From an uncultured Steroidobacteraceae bacterium (GTDB lineage Bacteria; Pseudomonadota; Gammaproteobacteria; Steroidobacterales; Steroidobacteraceae): a stretch of 29,058 nucleotides of DNA. Position 1 is the first letter of the stretch; each line of letters opens with the position of its first letter. Shown here piece by piece: positions 24,374-29,058 of the stretch. The notes below the pieces were generated by a model that worked only from the letters and a program-made list of their open reading frames with translations, had not been told where the DNA came from and did not search any database. The stretch is from NCBI GenBank assembly GCA_964600535.1, contig CAZRLI010000001.1, positions 1-29,058 of the forward strand. The letters run 5' to 3'. The translations under genes and the position numbers were made by a program.

Positions 24374-26164
24374 TCAGGCGGGCGGCAGGTATTCCTGCAC
24401 GCCGACCACGAGCATGCCGGGGCCGCCGTGCACGCCGAGCGCGGGGCCGAGCGGGGTGAGATAGCCCGACTCGAGCCGCGGTATCGCGGCCCGCAAGGCC
24501 GCCAGCAGGCGCTGGCCCTCGAGCTCCGCTTCGGCGTGTCCCACCACGACGCGGTAGGTCGCCCCCGCGCGCAGCCGCCGTACGACGAAGCGCGCGAAGC
24601 GCGCCGTGAGGTCGCCGCGGCCGAAGAGGGCGCCGCCCGGCCCGATCCGGCCGTCGGGGTGGTTGGTGAGCACGGGCGAGCAGCGCAGCAGCTGCGACAG
24701 CGTGCGCACGAAGGCGGGCACGCGGCCGCCGCGCACCGCGTAGTCGAGGCCGGCGAGCAGTCCCCAGGTGCGGGTCTTCGTGCGCATCGCCGCGGTGGCC
24801 GCGGCGATGCGCGGGCCGTCGAAGCCCGCCAGCGCGCACTCCGCGGCATACATCGCCAGCAGTCCCTGCCCGAGCGAAACATTGCGGCTGTCGAGCACCT
24901 GGACCTTGCCGCCCGCGACGCGCGCGGCGGCGCCCTTCGCCGCCGCGTAGGTGCCGCTCACGCGCGCCGTCAGCGCGATCGACACGACGTGCTGGTAGTG
25001 CGAGGCGAGGAATTCGTACAGGCGGCGAAAGTCGCCGGGTGGCGGCTGCGAGGTCTGCGGGTGCACGCTGCCCGCCGCCAGCTCCTGGTAGAACTCCTGC
25101 GGCGTGAGCGACACCTTGTCGAGGTAGCTGCGCGAGCCGAAGTGCACGCGCACCGGCACGACGTGCACGGCGAGCCTCTCGAGCAGCTCCTCCGGAATAT
25201 CCGCGGCGGAGTCGGTGACGATCGCGGTGCTGGCGCGCGCGTGATGCGCGGCGAGGGCCTGGCGGTGCATGTCGTCGGCCTTGTGCGCGTCGAGCACGCC
25301 GAAGCACGCTGCCGCCTCGAACACCCGGGCGGGTTCGTTGGTGTGGACGTGGATGCGCGCCTTGCGGCGCGATCCGGCGACCACCAGGCTCGAGCCGAGC
25401 GGCGCGAGCGCCTCGCGCAGGCGCCGGTGGTCGATGCCCGCGCCGCTGACGACGCACTCCGTGCAGAAACGGTGCTCGCCCGCGCTGCCGCCGATCGCCA
25501 TGGGCCCGGCGGCTTCGTGTGGTGGCGCGCAGGGCTCGCCGACCTGCCCCGTCTGGAGGTACGCCAGCATGCCCTCGAGCAGCTCGACGAAGCCGGCCGC
25601 GCCCGCATCGACCACGTTGGCCGCGCGCAGCACGTCGAGCGTGGTGCGCGTGCGTTCGAGCGCGGCGCGCACCCGGGGCAGGCTGGCACCGAGCAGTTGC
25701 GCGAGGTCCGCCGCCCCGCCGGCCTCGCTGATGCGCCGTGCTTCCACGGCGAAGGCCTCGAGCACCGTCAGCAGCGTGCCGTCGCGCGGTTCGATGACGG
25801 CATCGCGTGCGTAGCGCGCGCCGGCTGCCGCCGCTGCCGCGAACTGCGGCGCATCGAGGGTTGCGTGGCCCTCGGCCGAGTCGGCGACGCCGAGCAGGAA
25901 CTGCGCGAGGATCGCGCCGGAATTGCCGCGCGCGCCGTCGATGGCCGCGTCCGCGATCCGTGCCAGGAGCAGGCCGGCGTGCTTGGCATCCGCCGCACCC
26001 AGGGCGCCGAGCACCGCCGACATCGTCATCGCCATGTTGGTGCCGGTATCGCCATCCGGCACCGGGGACACGTTGATCCTGTTCAGGTGGTCGGTGCGCG
26101 CGAAGAGCCGGTAGATGCCGGCGCGCAAGGCGTCGGCGAGGGCGGTGCCGTCACTCGCGCTCAA
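24374..26164 (-). CDS. DAK2 (FakA-like kinase) - DegV (FakB-like fatty-acid-binding) fusion protein, 596 aa
   Basis: LNRINVSPVPDGDTGTNM, GARGNSGAIL, DGTLLTV, VVDAGAAG, FCTE, IHVHT. Then IVTDSAAD, TSQP, SGTY, DSRNVSLGQG, GVHGGPG. TTG is the only in-frame start available. Confidence 0.9.
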   Translation of the reverse strand: MSASDGTALADALRAGIYRLFARTDHLNRINVSPVPDGDTGTNMAMTMSAVLGALGAADAKHAGLLLARIADAAIDGARGNSGAILAQFLLGVADSAEGHATLDAPQFAAAAAAGARYARDAVIEPRDGTLLTVLEAFAVEARRISEAGGAADLAQLLGASLPRVRAALERTRTTLDVLRAANVVDAGAAGFVELLEGMLAYLQTGQVGEPCAPPHEAAGPMAIGGSAGEHRFCTECVVSGAGIDHRRLREALAPLGSSLVVAGSRRKARIHVHTNEPARVFEAAACFGVLDAHKADDMHRQALAAHHARASTAIVTDSAADIPEELLERLAVHVVPVRVHFGSRSYLDKVSLTPQEFYQELAAGSVHPQTSQPPPGDFRRLYEFLASHYQHVVSIALTARVSGTYAAAKGAAARVAGGKVQVLDSRNVSLGQGLLAMYAAECALAGFDGPRIAAATAAMRTKTRTWGLLAGLDYAVRGGRVPAFVRTLSQLLRCSPVLTNHPDGRIGPGGALFGRGDLTARFARFVVRRLRAGATYRVVVGHAEAELEGQRLLAALRAAIPRLESGYLTPLGPALGVHGGPGMLVVGVQEYLPPA

Positions 26165-26837
26165 GCTGGAACCGCGTGCCCCGGAAAGCCATCACGACGC
26201 CGGTGGGCGTGATCCGCTCGACGCGCACGCCGTCGCGCGTGGCGTCGCCCTCGCGCAAGCGCTGCATGTTCACGAGCACGAAGCGGTCCGCCGGCCGGGT
26301 CGCATAGACGTGCATGTCGAGGTGCAGCTGTGGCAGCTGGTTGCCGATCGATGCCGGCAGCTGCTCGAGCGTCGGCACCATGTCGCTGCCCGGCGCGGTG
26401 GTGGCCGGGCCTGCCTGCGCGGCAACCGGCGCGTCGTGCGCCGGGGGCGCGCTCCCCTGCGGCAACGCTGCCACGTAGTCGGCAGGGTTGTCCGATTCCT
26501 CCGCGACGGCCGGCTTCCCGGCGGCCTGCCGCGGCGGCAGTACCGGCGCCTGCGCCGCCGGCGCGCGGCGGGTGTCCGGGGCGGGTTCCGAGGCCGGCGC
26601 GAGCGCCACCTTGGCGGGCGTGGCAGGCGTCGCGGCCGCATCCGCAGGTGGCGTACGCGAGCGCGTCACGAACCAGCCGAGCGCCACGATGTTGATGACC
26701 AGGAGGACGCCGAGCACCAGCGCCCAGGCCGGCAGGGCGCCACGGGGCGCGGCGCTGCGGACCTCGAGCAGGGCCGGCCCCGCCTGCCGCTGTCGCTCGC
26801 TGTCGGATTTCTTCAGCGCATCGAGTATGAAGGACAT
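26151..26837 (-). CDS. gspB: General secretion pathway protein B (ExeB/GspB)
   Basis: MSFILDALKKSDSER, one TM, Pro/Ala linker, and a C-terminal T2SSB-like domain (HVYA…RFVLVN..LREGD…I.P.GVV). Confidence 0.88.
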   Translation of the reverse strand: MSFILDALKKSDSERQRQAGPALLEVRSAAPRGALPAWALVLGVLLVINIVALGWFVTRSRTPPADAAATPATPAKVALAPASEPAPDTRRAPAAQAPVLPPRQAAGKPAVAEESDNPADYVAALPQGSAPPAHDAPVAAQAGPATTAPGSDMVPTLEQLPASIGNQLPQLHLDMHVYATRPADRFVLVNMQRLREGDATRDGVRVERITPTGVVMAFRGTRFQLERE

Positions 26838-26840
26838 CGC

Positions 26841-28511
26841 TCAGCTTCCCTGTGCGGCCACGAGGCGTGGCGTGCCCGCGGCCGGCGCGGCGGCGTCGAG
26901 CGCCAGCTGTGTCTGCGGGCCGGCGATGCCGTCGACGTCGAGGCGCCGCTGGCGCTGGAACTCCTCGACGAGCTGCACGAGCGAATCGTCATACCGGTCG
27001 CCCCGCCCGCCCGGGCTCGCGATGCCCGCGAGGCGCTCGAGATGCTGGCGCAGCTGCAGCACCTCGTCACCCGACATGCCGGGCGTCAGGGCCCTGACCG
27101 GCACGGCAACGGGCTTCCACAGCAGCACGAAATCCCCGAACCAGTAGCGCGCCAGGTCCGTGATGCGCACCGTGTGTTCGCTGCCGCCGATGTCGAGGCG
27201 TGCGTCGTCGTCGCCGAGCGCCACGAGCACCACCTGGTGCGCGCCGCCCTGGTCGTCGCCCAGCGCCAGCATGGCGGGGCGATCATAGAGGCGCAGCTGC
27301 GCATAGGAACCGCGCTGCGCGACGCATTGCAGGCCGGCCTGCGCGGCCTGCGTGCAGCCATCGCCCGCGCCGGGCACGAAGGGTGCGCCCCAGTGCGCGA
27401 GCAGGCGCGCGAACGCGGCCTCCTGCGTCGTCACTGCGGCGTTGTCCGCCAGCAGCTTCGCCAGCGAGTCGCGGGCGGGCGGCAGCGCCGCGGGTACGCC
27501 CGCGGCCGTCGCAACGCGCGCGCCGGTGGCATCCGGGGTCGACGCGCGTGCCGGGTCCGCAGCGGCCACCGCGGGCACCGGCGCCGCGGCCGGCGCACCG
27601 TGATCGAACGCGCCGGCCCGCCACAGCGCCAGGACTGCGAGTACCGCCACGGCGCCGCCGCCGAGGCCGGCCACCCACGGCAGCCAGCGCGGCGTGACGC
27701 GCCGATCGAATACTTCGCTGGCGGAGCTGCGGATGATGGCGGCAGTCACGCGGTGGCGGTCCTGCGTGTAGGCGCCGAGCAGGGCGCGGTCCGCGATCAC
27801 GTTGATGAGCCGTGGAATGCCGCCCGACTGGCGATACAGCTCCGCGAGCGCGCCGTTCGTCAGGATGTCGGAAGTCGCACCCGCCACGCGCAGGCGGTGC
27901 CTGGCATAAGCGGCGGTTTCGGCAGCGGACAGCGGATCGAGGTGGTAACGGCCGGTGATGCGCTGTGCGAGCTGGCGCAGCTCGGGGCGGGCCAGCATCT
28001 CGCGCAGCTCCGGCTGGCCGATCAGGATGATCTGCAGCAGCTTCTGCGTCGGGGTCTCGAGGTTCGTCAGGAGCCGCACCTGCTCGAGCACCGCCGGGGC
28101 AAGGTTCTGTGCCTCGTCGACCAGCAGCACGACGCGCCGCCCGTCGGCGTGCGCGCGCAGCAGGTAGTGGTTGAGTATGTCGACGAGGTCCTTGAGGCTC
28201 GCGACCGCGCGGTCCGGCAGTCCGATGCCGAGTTCCTCGCAGATCGTCAGCATGAACTCGGGTGCGGTCATGCGCGGATTGAGGATCAGCGCGATCTCGG
28301 CGTTCTTCGGGATCTGGCCGAGCAGCGACCTGACGATGGTGGTCTTGCCGGTGCCCACTTCGCCGGTGAGCTGCACGAAGCCGCCCGCTTCGCTCACGCC
28401 GTACAGGAGGTGCGCGAGCGCCTCGGCGTGCCGCTCGCTCAGGTAGAGGTAGCGCGGGTCGGGCGTGATCGAGAAGGGCTTCTCGTTGAGTCCGAAGAAC
28501 GGCAGGTACAT
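26841..28511 (-). CDS. gspA: General secretion pathway protein A (ExeA/GspA): AAA ATPase, TM and peptidoglycan-binding domain
   Basis: MY..FFGL.EKPFSITPDP, Walker A GEVGTGKT, VDEAQNL, LTNLET, GQPEL, GGIPRLIN, and C-terminal FQ…LDVDGIAGPQT. Confidence 0.93.
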   Translation of the reverse strand: MYLPFFGLNEKPFSITPDPRYLYLSERHAEALAHLLYGVSEAGGFVQLTGEVGTGKTTIVRSLLGQIPKNAEIALILNPRMTAPEFMLTICEELGIGLPDRAVASLKDLVDILNHYLLRAHADGRRVVLLVDEAQNLAPAVLEQVRLLTNLETPTQKLLQIILIGQPELREMLARPELRQLAQRITGRYHLDPLSAAETAAYARHRLRVAGATSDILTNGALAELYRQSGGIPRLINVIADRALLGAYTQDRHRVTAAIIRSSASEVFDRRVTPRWLPWVAGLGGGAVAVLAVLALWRAGAFDHGAPAAAPVPAVAAADPARASTPDATGARVATAAGVPAALPPARDSLAKLLADNAAVTTQEAAFARLLAHWGAPFVPGAGDGCTQAAQAGLQCVAQRGSYAQLRLYDRPAMLALGDDQGGAHQVVLVALGDDDARLDIGGSEHTVRITDLARYWFGDFVLLWKPVAVPVRALTPGMSGDEVLQLRQHLERLAGIASPGGRGDRYDDSLVQLVEEFQRQRRLDVDGIAGPQTQLALDAAAPAAGTPRLVAAQGS

Positions 28512-28533
28512 CGCGCGCGCCCCGTCGCCTGCC

Positions 28534-29058
28534 TCAAACGACCTCGAAGAGCCCCGCCGCGCCCATCCCGCCGCCGACGCACATGGTCGTAACGACGTAC
28601 TTCACGCCGCGCCGCTTGCCCTCGATCAGCGCGTGGCCGACGAGCCGCGTGCCCGAGACGCCGTAGGGATGGCCGACCGCGATCGCGCCGCCGTCGACAT
28701 TCAGGAGTTCGTCCGCAATGCCGAGCTTGTCGCGGCAGTAGATGACCTGCACCGCGAACGCCTCGTTCAGCTCCCACAGGCCGATGTCACCGACCGCAAG
28801 CCCGGCGCGCTCGAGCAGGCGCGGCACGGCGAATACCGGCCCGATGCCCATCTCGTCGGGCTCGCAACCCGCGATCGTGAAGCCGCGGAAAATGCCGAGC
28901 GGCGTGATGCCGCGCCGCTCCGCGAGCCTGGCATCCATCACGACGCAGGCCGCCGCGCCGTCGGAGAACTGGCTCGCATTGCCGGCGGCGATCACGCCGC
29001 CGGGTATCGCGTGCCTGATCTTCGACACGCCCTCGATGGTGGGGTCGGCGCGGATGCC
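28534..29058 (-). CDS. Acetyl-CoA C-acyltransferase (thiolase), 5'-truncated by the window edge
   Basis: [45 protein letters not shown]. Frame is open to position 29058. Confidence 0.93.
   Translation of the reverse strand, partial: GIRADPTIEGVSKIRHAIPGGVIAAGNASQFSDGAAACVVMDARLAERRGITPLGIFRGFTIAGCEPDEMGIGPVFAVPRLLERAGLAVGDIGLWELNEAFAVQVIYCRDKLGIADELLNVDGGAIAVGHPYGVSGTRLVGHALIEGKRRGVKYVVTTMCVGGGMGAAGLFEVV

Noticed and set aside
26115-28592. 825-aa plus-strand ORF, and similar long ORFs at 9511..11097, 10761..12818, 15126..16685, 19631..21481 and 24428..26212
   Set aside because: These are antisense or alternative-frame shadows of well-supported genes. They are Arg/Ala/Gly-rich and have no recognisable motifs.
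1-29058. CRISPR arrays, IS elements, integrases, rRNA or intact tRNA genes, defence systems
   Set aside because: No regularly spaced direct repeats, transposase/recombinase motifs, terminal inverted repeats with target duplications, or RNA-gene signatures were found by inspection.

Overview
High-GC bacterial DNA, densely coding, with about 30 supportable CDSs. Gene content (gspA/gspB, TonB-domain protein, iorAB) suggests a free-living Gammaproteobacterium; this is inference. No rRNA, intact tRNA, CRISPR array, transposase or integrase was seen. Order: PurD-like fragment plus methyltransferase; three small hypotheticals; a roughly 7 kb block with atypical codon usage (DapA/NAL-family aldolase, 3-hydroxyanthranilate 3,4-dioxygenase, NadX-like aspartate dehydrogenase, LysR regulator, KGSADH-like ALDH, CoA-acylating MmsA); COG0523 GTPase plus WD40; GT4 glycosyltransferase; exported M20D amidohydrolase; iorAB-like molybdoenzyme; lipoprotein-type atypical SDR plus nucleotide-translocase-like MFS; a receiver-TM-repeat-TonB_C protein coupled to a pseudoreceiver-Ser/Thr kinase; secreted hypothetical, GNAT and dodecin; and thiolase-gspA-gspB-DAK2/DegV fusion. 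Two candidates for undescribed systems stand out. (1) A 3-hydroxyanthranilate ring-fission cluster lacking ACMS decarboxylase, whose five enzymes fit a C7 to C4 (iminoaspartate/oxaloacetate) plus C3 (malonate semialdehyde) hydratase-aldolase route. (2) A REC-TonB / pseudoREC-kinase signalling pair. All family assignments come from motif recognition by eye; no database searches were run.
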